Positions 53,165 to 64,000 of a stretch of DNA of 64,000 nucleotides are shown one piece after another. Within the stretch, counting starts at the first letter, position 1, and the number at the start of each line of letters is the position of its first letter. The translations under genes and the position numbers were made by a program. This DNA is from Octopus sinensis (Eukaryota), in contig NC_043005.1 of the NCBI RefSeq assembly GCF_006345805.1, positions 108,624,001-108,688,000 of the forward strand, written 5' to 3'. The notes under the pieces are model-generated. The model saw only the letters and a list, made by a program, of their open reading frames with translations, did not search any database and had not been told where the DNA came from.

Positions 53165-53510
53165 TATTTGCTTCAGTTATTTTGACTGCGGCCATGCTTA
53201 AGCAAATTGACCCCAGGACTTATTCTTTGTAAGCCTAGTACTTATTCTATCGGTCTCTTTTGCCAAACCACTAAGTTACGGGGTTGTAAGCACATTAGCA
53301 TCGGTTGTCAAGCAATGTTGGGGGGGGGGGGCAAACACAAACTCAAAAACACACACACACACATATATATGTACGATAGGCTTTTTTCAGTTTCCATCTA
53401 CCAAAGCCACTCACAAGGCTTTGGTCATCCTGGGGCTATAGTAGACGATACTTGCCACATAGTAGGACTCAACCCAGAACCATGTTGTTGGTAAGCAAGC
53501 TACTTACCAC
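53165..53510 (-). mobile_element. SINE family A, diverged
   Basis: Reverse-complement similarity. Confidence 0.85.
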
Positions 53511-53541
<31 letters not shown>

Positions 53542-53565
53542 TATATTTATATATATATATATATA

Positions 53566-53847
53566 TCTTTATATATAGAAGTGAATTTGTGTGAGTGTCT
53601 GTCTCCTACGATTTAGATTCCTAACTACTCCCACATTTTGCGGTGCAGTTTAACCAAAACCGGGTATCTTATAGTCGTGATTCATATCAAGCCCTTCTGG
53701 GTATTAGCACGCATCTATAATGAGTTTAAAAAAAAATTTACCATCATTTTCTTTCCATTTCTTGCTATTTTTTGGCTATAACTCTCTAAAAATGCTTATA
53801 TAGTTATTTCCCTTACAAACCCGAGCAACGCCGGGTGACACTGCTAG
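53566..53847 (+). mobile_element. Non-autonomous Helitron (deletion variant of 33524-33921)
   Basis: A|TC...CCCGAGCAACGCCGGG...CTAG|T, with internal sequence shared with the 33524 copy. Confidence 0.85.
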
Positions 53848-53969
53848 TATATATATATATATATATACACACACACATATGTATGTATAATATATACACA
53901 TACATATATGTATATATAAATACACACAGACATACACACATACACATGCACACACATACACACAAGTAG

Positions 53970-54118
53970 TCTCTTTCAGTTTCCATTTACCAAATTCACT
54001 CACATGGCCTTGGTCAGCCCACAGCTTCAGTAGAAGACGCTTGGCTGAGGTGCCACACAGTGGGACTGAACCAGAAACCATGTGGTCAAGAAACAAACAT
54101 TTTACCACACAGCCATGC
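53970..54118 (-). mobile_element. SINE family A, 5' half
   Basis: Reverse complement of the head region. Confidence 0.75.
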
Positions 54119-54151
54119 TTTTTGAATATTTATAAAATTCATATCTACACT

Positions 54152-54550
54152 AAGGTGGTGAGCTGGCAGAATTGGTAGCATGCCAGATGAAATGCTTAGT
54201 GGTATTTCATCTGCCTCTACGTTCTGAGTTCAAATTCCGCCGAGGTCGAATTTTCCTTTCATCCTTTCGAGGTCGATTAACTAAGTACCAGTTATGCACT
54301 GGGGTTGATATTATCGATTTAATCGGTTTGTCTGTCCTTGTTTGTTCTCTCTGTATTTAGCCCCTTGTGGGTAGTAAAGAAATAGGTATTTCATCTGTCT
54401 TCAAGTTCTGAGTTCAAATTCTGCTGGGGTCTACTTTGCCTTTCATCATTTTGAGGTCAATAGAATAAGTACCAGTAGAGCACTGGGGTTAGTTTAATCA
54501 ATTCAGCCCCTTCCCCAAAACTGCTGGACTTGTGCCAAAATTTGAAACCA
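54152..54550 (+). mobile_element. SINE family B followed by a second partial family-B copy
   Basis: Full copy 54152-54388, then a repeat of the B box and central domain. Confidence 0.8.
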
Positions 54551-54673
54551 ATATTCATACCTATACCGTATTTCGGTCAGTTTGTAGTAGAAATATCATT
54601 TCGTGTCACATATGATACCACACTGAATTTGAGCAAGGAACCTCTTTTCCAAACTCAGGATCATCTACAACAG

Positions 54674-55062
54674 TGGAGGCACAATGGCCCAGTGGTTAGG
54701 GTAATGGACTCGCAGTCAGAGGATCGCGGTTTTGATTCCCAGACCGGGCGTTGTGTGTGTTTATTGAGCGAAAACACCTAAAGGTCCACGAGGCTCTGGC
54801 AGGGGTGGTGACGACCCCTGTTGTACTCTTTCGCTCCAACTTTCTCTCACTCTTTATTCCTGTTTCTTGTGCCCGACTTCCTACGCAACCGCTGAGCCTG
54901 GATGCGCATTCATCCATCCGTCGATGCTCTCGGTGTCAGGGGTTGACCTGCTTTCTCTTCTACGGGTCTTACGAATAGCAAAGGACCACATTTCGGATTT
55001 CTCCTGAGGCACGATCTTGCGAGCTCTGGGACAAAAACCGCTTCGCTCAACAAACAAACAAA
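54674..55062 (+). mobile_element. tRNA(Arg)-like SINE family D
   Basis: Head GGAGGCACAATGGCCCAGTGGTTAGGGTAATGGACTCGCAGTC...GGTTTTGATTCCC with a (CAAA)n tail. The 5' part is related to the 37421 family. Confidence 0.75.
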
Positions 55063-55706
55063 CCATCTACAACACTTGTTATATTCACTGGTCGTTTGGT
55101 ACCAACCTTATTGAATTAAAAGTTCTCTTTTTGCCAAAATGCCTATGCAGTCCTCTGCAATTGATTTTATGCCTATTTCAAAAAGGAAATCCATTTCTCA
55201 TACAAGGTTTGTAAATCTTTACATTGGTGTTGAGGTGAGGTGGTGGTGGTGGTGCTGGTGGTGGTGGTGTTGGAGGTGGTGGCAGCAGTGATGGTGGAAA
55301 TAAAATGAAATGGCTGAAATTACATTAACATGATGCAAGGGGAAGAAAATAAATTATGTAAAAAGCTAAATGAATAACAGTGTAAACGAATAGGAGAATG
55401 GGACAAGGAGAGAATGATGAAATATAAAAAAACTGTGTAACTATTCAATTAATTATCCCTAAAAGCCCCTTGATTAAGTGTTATGGTGTAGGACATAACA
55501 TTTCATGGCACTTTCATAATTTAACGGCATGTTAGCTAAATGAATAACAGAATAAAAGAATAAAAGTATAAATGTATGAAAAGAAAAACATGAATACTGT
55601 AATAAAATAAAAGATTATACTGCTCCATATATAAGATGTTACAAGATATATATGTATGCATATACATACATGCATACATACATACATACATACATACATA
55701 CATACA

Positions 55707-55740
<34 letters not shown>

Positions 55741-56055
55741 ATATATTTATATATATATATATATTATATACATATATATTTATATATATATAATATAATA
55801 TATAATATATATATACATAATATATTTATATATAATATATATGTATGTATACATATGTATGTATCACATATATATATAATACACTCATAAGAACACACAA
55901 CATACACATATGAATGTATAGATATATATTTATATACATAGTTAAATATATATGCATATATGCATATATATGTGTGTGTGTATACATATATATATATATA
56001 TATATGCACACCTATATCTATAGTCACACATATATATGTATATATTATTCATATA

Positions 56056-56109
<54 letters not shown>

Positions 56110-56782
56110 TATATATAAAGTATATATATAAAATATGTAGATGTATGTATGATATATATATAATGTGTGTGTATGTGTGTCGGTGAAGAAAAGATGTTCT
56201 GTAGATTATAAAAAGACTGAGATTAAGAAAAAGGATAGACTTTCTCCTGAAAGAGTTTTTCTTCTGCTTTTATATTGTCGCATTGTGTTAGCTTAATGAA
56301 AAAAGGGAATAAAAGATCAAAGGAATAAATGAATTAAAAAAAAAACGTTGATATCATGTGAACAGAATTAAAGAATGAAGGAATAAATGACTAAAACAAT
56401 AAAATTATTATGTGAGCACAAAGCTTTCTTTTTTAATATGACAAACTCGGAAATGTATATATAAATAAATGAATAAAAAAAAGAAAGAGTTGCGTACTCC
56501 TTCTTCTCCTATTTAATCATTCGATATTTAATTTTTACATATTAACATATTGTTAGATATTGTTTGATGATAAAGAAATGAAAGTAAAACAAAACAAAAA
56601 AGCAAATATAAAAAAAACACCAACAAAATCAAAGAAATGAAAGTAAAATAAAAGTATATGGAGTAAGACGAAGAAATTTGGCAACATTATCTGATTAGTG
56701 TGTAAGAGGTATATAATTTTACCCTTCATGTGTGTTTAAGTATATACATACATGCATATATACATACATATACATATCTATC

Positions 56783-56863
<81 letters not shown>

Positions 56864-56968
56864 TTATATATATTTATATATATATATGTATATAAGTATA
56901 TGCATGTATATATATGTGTGTATGTTTATACACACACGTACATATATATATTTTTTTTTTCTTGCCAG

Positions 56969-57048
56969 TGCTTCTTCTTTCTTAATGTATATCAAATTAT
57001 CAAGTGAATTCAGTGACAAAGTCATCTTCGATACATTGAAGCATACAG
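56969..57048 (+). other. Weak candidate exon
   Basis: T11-CTTGCCAG| acceptor and CAG|GTTATT donor. Single open frame [26 protein letters not shown]. Confidence 0.2.
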
Positions 57049-57774
57049 GTTATTGTTTAAAAAGCCATGGCTGTGCAATTAAAAAAGGTTCCTTTGCAGC
57101 CTTCCATTCCAGAGTTCGATCCTTCTGTGTAACATTTTGGTGAAGAGGCATTCTACTGGAACCTCATGCTGGCAAATACCCTCCGAGTTGAATTTAGTAA
57201 GTGGAAATTGTGTGGTAGCTCCAAGCAATCACAGAGGATGTTATGAGGGACGTTCTATTGGACCTCCTAAATACTGATGGTCTGCTTCATGTAACTTAAT
57301 CTATCGAGAAATTAGAGATAAATCCATCTCCCGTTAATTAATATCATATATATATATATATATAGGTAGTGGGGCTCCAAAAGGGGTCTGGGGTCTCAGG
57401 GACTAGTGTCCCTGCCTTCCTGAGCTAGATTTCCATATTTCTTTAAAAAATTGGTAGAGACTTTGGTCTTGGGACCACTCATGTCTAGAAACTGACATTT
57501 GGGGTAAGCAAAGCATGCACCCCGTAGAAAATCCAGCTTCAAAAACGCCTCATGATAACAAAGAAGAATGAGCACCAGCTGGCCCAAAGGTTGGGGTGAG
57601 CTGCACCTGCCTACATTAGTTGCTATGCCATTGAGGTGGATCCAACCACCCCAGTTATTTGGGACAAAACCCAGATTTAAAACACTGGATAACGCTATAT
57701 CTGTGGTCATCCCTCACTGTTTATCTGCCATTCACTACATCCAACATCCCACACTACTTAATACTAATAACAAG

Positions 57775-58000
57775 GGCAACAAGCTGGCAGAGACATTAGC
57801 ACACTGGAAGAAATGCTTAGCAGTATTTTGTCTGCTGTTACATTCTTAGTTCAAATTCCGCTGAGGTCAACTTTGCTTTTCATCCTTTCAGGGTCAATTA
57901 AATAAGTACCAGTTACGCACTGGGGTCGATGTAATCGACTTAAACCCCTTGTCTGTCCTTGTTTGCCCCCTCTATGTTTAGCCCCCTGCGGGCAATAAAA
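57775..58000 (+). mobile_element. SINE family B
   Basis: Homologous to 10752-10972. Confidence 0.85.
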
Positions 58001-58635
58001 AGTGAATACTAAGAAAAATAACTAAATGTAGTGGGATAAGTATAATGATGCTTGTGTATGTGAATGTAAACCGCTGTTGGCTGTTTTCGAGGGGGTTGAA
58101 TGTTGCAAGGTTGGTGTGGGGCCCTCCTTAGCTCTTGGGCACTGGAACATAGTACCGGCTGGACCCCTCCCCCACTCTCAGAGGCCCTTCCCTCTGCTAA
58201 AATTGTTGACCTTGTACCAAAATTTGAAACCATTGTTATCGTCGTTACTGACAAAGGCATCAAGCTAGAAGAATTTTTAGAATACTGCAACAAGAAATAT
58301 TTCCTCCAACATTTTACATTCTGAATTCAATTCACACAGAGGTCAAATTATCATCCCTCTCGGGTCAATTAAACATAGACCCGCTCAGTTACTGGTATCA
58401 ATGTAAATGACTGACCTCCTTCCATCAAAATTGCTGGCCTTGCATCTAAATTATAATCTATAATTATTTTTTTCTGTCGTTGTTGTTATTTTAATATTTT
58501 CCAGATGTTAAATATTTAAACAGTGCACTTTATATTCTGTCTGTTTTGTCATGTAAAGTAATGTTATAAATCACTGCACTGTATTTATAAGGATTTTATT
58601 TTTATTATTTAAGCACAGCATATATTTCCTCTCAG

Positions 58636-58750
58636 GCATATTCCACTTATGAATCAATGCAGACGGACCCCTATTTCTTTATTTCAAACAGATGACAGTA
58701 CAGGAGTGAATCAGTTGACTAGAATATTGAATGAGAGACCGAAATATAAA
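58636..58750 (+). other. Weak candidate exon
   Basis: Acceptors TTTCCTCTCAG| (58635) or TTTATTTCAAACAG| (58691), and donor AAA|GTAACA. Open frame HIPLMNQCRRTPISLFQTDDSTGVNQLTRILNERPKYK. Confidence 0.25.
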
Positions 58751-59541
58751 GTAACATAAACAACAACAGCAACAACATCATAAGCATCATCATCATCATC
58801 AACAACAACAATGGCAATAATAATCTTTGCTTTATTAGCCGTACAACAACAACAATAATAATAATAAGGGTTTTCTGTCATTGGGCACAAGGGTCCAAGA
58901 GAGGGACGACAGTACAAAGTTGAAATACAAAAGGAAACAACAAACAGAATTAGTCAGGAGATTTATGAATAAAAGTGAGATTAACATCATCATCATCATC
59001 GTCATCATCATCGTCGTCATCGTCATCATCGTCATCATCATCTTTGTCATCATCGTTATTATCCCTATTTTAACATCGACTTTTCCACGCTTGTGTAGAC
59101 TGGACAAAAATTCGTTAAGGTTGATTTTCAACAGCTGAATGCTCTCTCAGTCATCAACATTCATCTGCTTCCAAGCAAGCTAATATCATTTCTCTTAGTT
59201 CTTTGAATATGAACAGTTCAATGGTATGACATGTTTTTATAGAAGATTGCAAACAAATGACATTGTTTTTATTGTTTCTATGACTATTACACAATCTCTA
59301 GGCAAGGAGACACTAATACACACAGGTATATACAGAATGGGCTTTTTCCCGTTTTGAACAATCAGATACATTCAGAAGATTTTAATTGGTCTGGGGCTAC
59401 AATCAAAGACAATTGTTGAAAGCATTGCACAGAAGGACTGAACCTAAAATATGACCAAGAAGTGTAGTTCTTAACCACACAGCTAAGCTTGTACCTCGGT
59501 AATAAGTTGAACATTAATAAATAGATAGTAATATATAACAA

Positions 59542-59929
59542 CTAGCAGTATCGCCTGGCGTTGCTAGGGTTTGTTTCGACCCTTTAGAATTGGAATTTTT
59601 TAAAAGTAAAAGTTTTGCATTATGTAGCTTGTTATTCTCTCTAAGTGTACATTTTCTGGTTGAAATTCGCCGGAAAATGGCGACACAGCAGTAAAAAAAT
59701 CGTAAAAAATAGGGATTTTCTTAGAAAAAAGCACCTTTTTGATGTAAATAATTTTTGGTGTTAACATGGTCCAATTTGAATTTTATCTACTACGGAATAA
59801 AGAGCAAGCCTTCTTCTATTATATTCTCAATTTTGGTCAACTTGCATTGCAGGGTCTCGGAGGAGATAGTGTTAGTTGAAGGCTACCAAATCTGCCACAC
59901 ACAGACAACTTCAGCTTTATATATATAGA
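59542..59929 (-). mobile_element. Non-autonomous Helitron (different internal sequence)
   Basis: Minus strand A|TCTATATATATAAAG...CCCTAGCAACGCCAGGCGATACTGCTAG|T. Confidence 0.8.
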
Positions 59930-60226
59930 TAACTATGCACCAAAAGATTCCTAAAGTGGAGGAGCAAGTGAAGAGTAACTTAGGACGATCAGTTCACAAT
60001 GCTGGATAATTCTAATACATTAGAGGAAAGTGTTTTGTCCCAGATTTTGCTGCCAGCCTGCAGTAGCATAAAGTAGGTCCCTTTAACCATGGCAGCTGCA
60101 TCCCTCACATCTACCTTTCATACAATATACTATGCACAGCACTTCCTTTTGTGGTTTCATCAGTATCAACTAGTATCCTACCCTACAGTTACGTGGAAAG
60201 TCATTATTATTATTATTATTATTGCT

Positions 60227-60436
60227 AGGCGGTGAGCTGGCAGACACGTTAGCTGTATTTCGTCTGTCGTTACGTTCTGATTTCAAATTCCGCCGAGGTC
60301 GATTTTGCTTTTCATTCTTTCGGTATCGATAAATTAAGTACCATTTTCGCACTGGGGTCAATGTAATCGAATTAATCCCTTTGTCTGTCCTTGTTTGTCC
60401 CCTTTATGTTTAGCCCCGTGTGGGCAATAAAGAAAT
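60227..60436 (+). mobile_element. SINE family B
   Basis: Homologous to 10752-10972 and inserted in (ATT)n. Confidence 0.85.
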
Positions 60437-60438
60437 GA

Positions 60439-60492
<54 letters not shown>

Positions 60493-60520
60493 GTTATTAT
60501 TATTATTATTATTATTCTTG

Positions 60521-60563
<43 letters not shown>

Positions 60564-60579
60564 CATTATTATTATCAGA

Positions 60580-60656
60580 GTGTCTTCTACTATAGCATCA
60601 GGCCGACCAGCACCACATGAGTGAATTTGGTAGAGGGAAACTGAAAGAAGCCTGCC

Positions 60657-60707
<51 letters not shown>

Positions 60708-60970
60708 AGAGAAAAACCACTATTAAACAATTCAATAAAGAAAGATGTTATTCACACCATATAGAAAACATATACTATGTATATATATATATATGTGCAT
60801 GTTTGTGTCTGTGTTTCCATCCCCATAACTTAGCTGTTCGGCAGAAGAGACTGATAGAATAAGCACCAAGTTTACAGAGAATAAGTCCAGGGATCGATTT
60901 CTCCAACTAATGGGTGCTGCTCCAGCATGGCCACCGTCAAATGACTGAAACAAGTAAAAGAATAAAAGAA
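60580..60970 (+). mobile_element. SINE family A, 5'-truncated
   Basis: Similarity to 11455-11769. Confidence 0.75.
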
Positions 60971-61186
60971 TACCAGAAGGAACGTTCCATACCACTTGGC
61001 CAAGAAGGTTCTTTGAATATTTATGATGTATTTTAAGGTTAAATTATTCTGTTAACTTCTGTGTAACTGAGATATTTTGGCTGGATTATATTTATTGGTT
61101 TTACACTTCTTCCTACATTCTGTAACTGTCATAATGCAGGAACATTTCTCATGGCACCAGCTCACAATTTACAGATGTTAACATCT

Positions 61187-61505
61187 TTTATAAGCCATTT
61201 AAGAAACACACAAAAACCGTTAAATCACTTCAACATTTAAATTTAATTTGTCAAAATATTTTCGTCACTTTGAGACCACAACCTGTTCACTGACAAAACT
61301 CCGTGCTGCATATCAGTGAACAGGTTGTGGTCTCAAAGCGATGAAAATATTTTGACAAATTAAATTTAAATGTTGAAGTGAATCGTAAAAAATAGGTTTT
61401 TGTGTGCTTCTTAAATGGCTTATAAACACCTTCCATGCTGCAATTGTTTTCGTTCCAGCACACAATCTCAGATCAGGTTACTTGCTATGCAAGTACATCT
61501 CCGTA
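61187..61505. mobile_element. Fold-back element (~107-bp arms) carrying variant hammerhead motifs, PLE-like
   Basis: 61187-61293 and 61313-61426 are inverted copies, each containing an HHR-like fold. The extension to ~61505 is tentative. Confidence 0.75.
61247..61297 (-). ncRNA. Hammerhead-like motif with G3:C8 core
   Basis: Minus strand: UUUGUCA-GUGAACA-G GUUGU GGUCUCAAA GUGAC-GAAA-AUAU-UU|UGACAAA. 7-bp stem I and palindromic AAUAUU stem III. A second copy lies at 61313-61359 (+). Confidence 0.55.
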
Positions 61506-61572
61506 AATCCATCTTTCATATTTTCCGTGAATTTTTCACAGGTCCAGCTAGTTATTATTATTATTATTATTA

Positions 61573-61619
<47 letters not shown>

Positions 61620-61924
61620 GTTATTATTAATATTATTATAGCAGCAATCAGAGAAAATCAATTAGAGCATCAATAAAAGTGCTTTGTGTTATATGTTCTG
61701 GTTCTTTATATTCTGAGTTCAAATCCTGCTGAAGTCAATGTTGCACTTCTACACTCCAGAGTTGATAAAATAGAGTTTCTGTTGAGATCTGGAGTTGTTG
61801 ATATCAACTAACCTTGTTCTCCCACTGAATTGCTGGTTTTGAGTCTAAATTGTTATCACTGTCATCATCATCATTATCATCATTCATTATTTTTTACATG
61901 ATTATAATATTATTGTACAGTCTT

Positions 61925-62082
61925 GGAGTGGTTGGCATTAGGAAGGGTATCCAGCTGTAGAAGCTCTGCCAGATCAAGACTGAAGCCTGGTGCAGTCATC
62001 TGGTTCACCAGCTCTTAGTCATTCATCCAACCCATGCTAACGTGGAAAGCGGACATTAAACGATGATGATGATGAGGATGAT
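61925..62082 (+). mobile_element. RTE LINE 3'-end fragment
   Basis: Homologous to 42154-42312. Confidence 0.75.
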
Positions 62083-62533
62083 GTAATTACATTTATCTAG
62101 TCATTCTTGCTTGTGGTGATCTGTGCTACAGCAGCTGCTGTTGGTGGTGTTGGTGATGGTGATGGTGGTGGTGGTGGTGGTGGTGGTGGTGCTAAAGTTG
62201 TTGTTGTTGTTTGAATTAATCTTTCACAGTTTTTCCCCTAAACTTTACATTTTACTTCCAATACCTTATTAACTCGGATTTAAATTTGTTGGTATTTAAT
62301 TATGTTGCAACCATTAATATTTCATTATTAAATACAGCTTAGTGCTCCCTTAATTTGCATCATAGTAAACACATAATTTACATTAGGATATGATTAATTA
62401 TCTGGTTAATTAAAGGAAGAAGTAGTTCACTTAACTGTGGTATGATAGATGAGACAAATACAAAGAGTATGAGTTCAAACAATCATAGAAAATGTTTCAT
62501 ATACACACATACGTACATACATACATACATACA

Positions 62534-62567
<34 letters not shown>

Positions 62568-62580
62568 CATACATACATAC

Positions 62581-62628
<48 letters not shown>

Positions 62629-62664
62629 TCATCATCATCGTTTAAGCGGACGTTAACGATATGA

Positions 62665-62708
<44 letters not shown>

Positions 62709-62714
62709 TATATA

Positions 62715-63195
62715 TCTGTAAATAATATGTGACAATTATTTGGTATCCAAAATAAAATTCTGAGTTTCGGATGCCGAGGTGGAAATCTTTGCTACCGAAT
62801 TTTACAGATAAATTTCCTCTATTTACATAATATTGAGGTCTCTTTCTTTCTTTTGTTATCTTACCGTTTTTACCAATATATATATATGTAAATATAATAT
62901 GTGACAATTATTCGGTAGCCATGATAAAACTCCGAGTTTCGGATGCTGAGGTGGAAATCCACGCCACCATCTCTTCAGTTATCCGTTATACAAAGGGCGG
63001 TAATTTTTCATAGCATTTTTCCGATGGCCGGATAACTGAAGAGATGGTGGTGTGGATTTCCACCTCAGCATCCGAAACTCGGAGTTTTATCATGGCTACT
63101 GAATAATTGTCACATATATTTACAGATAAATTTCTCTATTTACATAATATCAAGTTTTCTTTCATTGTTTTGTTGTCTTACCATTTTTATCAATG
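62715..63195. mobile_element. HHR-bearing PLE-like element, inverted plus partial direct copies
   Basis: ~62888-62985 is inverted against 63029-63123. Partial extra copies at 62715-62787 and 62800-62877. Flanked by (TA)n. Confidence 0.8.
63025..63098 (+). ncRNA. Type I hammerhead ribozyme with extended stem II
   Basis: UGGCC G GAUAA-CUGAAGA-GAUG...GUGG AUUU CCAC...CAUC C-GAAA-CUC G GAG-UU|UUAUC AU GGCUA. The inverted copy lies at 62923-62983 (minus). Confidence 0.7.
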
Positions 63196-63199
63196 TATG

Positions 63200-63589
63200 T
63201 GGCTGTGTGGTAAGTAGCTTGCTAACCAACCACATGGTTATCGGTTCAGTCCCACTGCATGGCATCTTGGGCAAGTGTCTTCTGCTATAGCCCCGGGCCG
63301 ACCAATGCCTTGTGAGTAGATTTGGTAGATGGAAACTGAAAGAAGCCTGTCGTATATATGTATATATATATGTGTGTGTGTTTGTGTGTCTGTGTTTGTC
63401 CCCCTAGCATTGCTTGACAACCGATGCTGGTGTGTTTACGTCCCCGTCACTTAGCGGTTCGGCAAAAGAGACCGATAGAATAAGTACTGGGCTTACAAAG
63501 AATAAGTCCTGGGGTTGATTTGCTTGACTAAAGGAGGTGCTCCAGCATGGCCACAGTCAAATGACTGAAACAAGTAAAAGAGTAAAGAG

Positions 63590-63590
<1 letters not shown>
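63200..63590 (+). mobile_element. SINE family A
   Basis: Same structure as 42469-42889. Confidence 0.9.
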
Positions 63591-63636
<46 letters not shown>

Positions 63637-63687
63637 ATATATATATGTATGTATATATGTACGTATATACATACATACATACATATA

Positions 63688-63899
63688 TAGGGTGGCCCAA
63701 AAGTAGGTTTACAGTTATTTCTCTATCTCTTTTGCATTCATATATCAACAGTTTAGATTCTAATTATAAAAACAATATGAAACCATTTTTCTGTGCTAAT
63801 TTAGTTAATTGTAAGATAAAAATTTAAATGTAATAAAATGTTTTAAAGGAAAATTAAAGTGCTTATGTGATAACTGTAAACCTAGTTTTGGCCACTCTG
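63688..63899. mobile_element. Tc1/mariner-type MITE
   Basis: ~30-bp TIRs (T/C)AGGGTGGCCCAAAAGTAGGTTTACAGTTAT / ATAACTGTAAACCTAGTTTTGGCCACTCTG, flanked by TA. Confidence 0.8.
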
Positions 63900-63926
63900 T
63901 ATGTAGGTATGTATATATATATATAT

Positions 63927-63971
<45 letters not shown>

Positions 63972-63977
<6 letters not shown>

Positions 63978-64000
63978 GTAAGTAGCTTGTTTACCAACCA
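63972..64000 (+). mobile_element. SINE family A head (runs off the window)
   Basis: TGTGTGGTAAGTAGCTTGTTTACCAACCA. Confidence 0.7.

Noticed and set aside
57366-57430. HDV-like or twister ribozyme in a GC-rich island
   Set aside because: Only a simple hairpin (CAGGGAC-TAGT-GTCCCTG) was found, and no nested pseudoknot could be fitted.
58515-58590. microRNA hairpin (ACAGTGCA / TGCACTGT)
   Set aside because: Pairing is short and AT-rich with a large loop, and no known mature miRNA was recognised.
149-63827. Most ORF-track entries (YI/CV/HT/LSIY, poly-M, poly-H and poly-I peptides)
   Set aside because: They are translations of (TA)n, (TG)n, (TATC)n and trinucleotide microsatellites, with no domain content.

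Overview
AT-rich, microsatellite-saturated eukaryotic non-coding DNA whose repeat families point to an octopus (coleoid cephalopod) genome, with a 100-N assembly gap at 23701-23800. No protein-coding gene can be identified with confidence. Almost all ORF-track entries are microsatellite or SINE translations, and only a few weak exon candidates exist. The window is a mosaic of tRNA-derived SINEs (at least 4 families), RTE and CR1 LINE 3' fragments, decayed mariner, maT and DIRS-like elements, MITEs, non-autonomous Helitrons and Penelope-like (PLE) remnants. The main signal is RNA structure: several unrelated non-coding repeat families each carry a minimal type I hammerhead ribozyme (HHR) fold. 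One is a textbook-perfect HHR in a 482-bp tandem, retrozyme-like unit (44021-44066, minus strand). One has an extended stem II (63025-63098). One family has the core GUGAACA, a natural G3:C8 compensatory swap of the conserved C3:G8 pair (61247-61359). All folds were done by eye, and catalytic activity and family names need experimental or database confirmation.
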